The position numbers were made by a program, and so were the translations under genes. A DNA stretch of 63,629 bases, counting the filler, from Asterionella formosa (lineage: Eukaryota): assembly GCA_002256025.1 (NCBI GenBank). It is 25 parts of 25 records of this genome, joined end to end, with 100 filler letters (N's around TTAATTAATTAA, not from the genome) between each part and the next. Parts side by side here need not be neighbours in the genome. Positions count along the whole stretch, not along the records: positions 62,521 to 63,629 come from NKIB01004270.1; 24 more parts are not named here. One strand, 5' to 3'. The notes beneath the pieces are model-generated. The model saw nothing but the letters and a program-made list of their open reading frames with translations, made no database searches and was not told the origin of the DNA. Each line of letters starts with the position of its first letter. The stretch's first letter is position 1. Below, piece by piece: positions 62,421-63,629 of this stretch.

Positions 62421-63629
62421 NNNNNNNNNNNNNNNNNNNNNNNNNNNNNNNNNNNNNNNNNNNNTTAATTAATTAANNNNNNNNNNNNNNNNNNNNNNNN
62501 NNNNNNNNNNNNNNNNNNNNTGCGACGTCGTTGAAACATCATGTTAACATTGGTTTGTTCGTACCTCAACACCAGCAATTCTGAATATTCAGTAGCAACA
62601 AACAATTTGTACAGATCCGTTCAAACAACTGGAGAGTTACTATTACGCAATTACTTTACTATATACCGGTATAAGTATATATTTGTTAAGTGCAAAATCA
62701 TGTCCTTCTTGCTCTATAGTAAAAAGCAATGACAGCGGAATATACATTACCGGGCATTCGACTATTCAAAGAAGTACGGAACGAGTTCATCTCCCTATGT
62801 ATTTAAAACAGACGAACGATTTGACAGTTGTCGATGTTGTTCGGAATACTCGCAACTCCGGGCTGGTACCGGTATTGATGTTTCACACGTTTCAGATAAT
62901 CAAGCGATGGCAAGTACCAGTTCATACTATTTATGGTTGTCATCAGCAAAATTGGATATGCCGGCTAAGACGTGTTGGCGGTGCGTGCGTTAGCCAATTG
63001 GCGGCAAACATTTTGAATTCTTTGTAGCTTCGCTCTTTCTCCACTCCTGGGCATGCATGTGCATAAAATTTACGGACAACCGATATTTTTTATAATTACT
63101 CAAGGGCACGAACAACCTATCAGTATGTATTGATGATGCATGTGTATGACTTGATTTATATGCTTTGATACATACAGGTACAGGTATAGACAACATTGTT
63201 AGTAGACACGATGTAACGATATGAAATTTATAAATTTGATGCGCTGTACTTACTGTAGGCGGTACTCCAGAACTACACACGACTTAATAAAAATCTTTGG
63301 GATCGTCTTTTCTGCATACCGGTACCTGGTACCAGGGTACCAGGGTACTGGTACCCCCCTGTTATTGGTAAAATTCAACCCAAGTTGTATTTTTCTGTAG
63401 ACCCCTGGTATTGTCCTACTCGGGACATGATGGTACCTTGACAGTATTGACAACATTTTACCGTGGTAAAATTAGGTACTGACCTCCAAGAATTTCAACC
63501 CGGTTGCATTGGCGGTTGAATTTTTCCTCTTCTTTTGGTTGAATTTTCAACTCAGATTAGTCGTATATTGTTGTAACCTCTTGGGAAATTCAACCACTGC
63601 ACCATCATAAATCAATCTTATTTGTCCAT

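Overview
This is not contiguous genome. It consists of 25 assembly pieces joined by 24 artificial 100-nt spacers (N44-TTAATTAATTAA-N44). There are 23 contigs of about 1.11 kb plus two scaffolds of about 17.8 kb (4848-22710 and 27655-45485). Almost all of it is eukaryotic and most likely diatom: a DUF6824 protein, diatom-type PPR proteins, short GT-AG introns, signal-peptide+Phe plastid-targeting presequences and CoDi-like copia elements. One GC-rich contig (3637-4747, gshB-dedA) is alphaproteobacterial, probably a co-cultured contaminant. Host genes are two divergent PPR paralogues, a spliced 62-aa Lys-rich microprotein, a P5-type ATPase with a Cys-rich N-terminal ectodomain, HIT, F-box-like, Nudix, a Ser/Thr kinase, a spliced protein of unknown function and two allelic 5' ends of RPS24. 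The rest is transposon-rich: gypsy and copia remnants with solo LTRs, Plavaka, pogo/DDE_1, PIF/Harbinger and Mutator-like relics, and several MITEs. Three signals stand out. (1) Non-coding DNA is full of chained TA-C..G-TA palindromic units (TACCWGGTA, TACCGGTA, TACWGTA) whose copy number differs between the two RPS24 alleles; these may be stacked transposon excision footprints. (2) A CAAGTTGCGG-ended element family with a 3-bp CWG target duplication inserts into those arrays and carries motifs phased at 20 bp. (3) There is a candidate tRNA-Gly-derived SINE. All family assignments come from motif recognition by eye; no database search was run.
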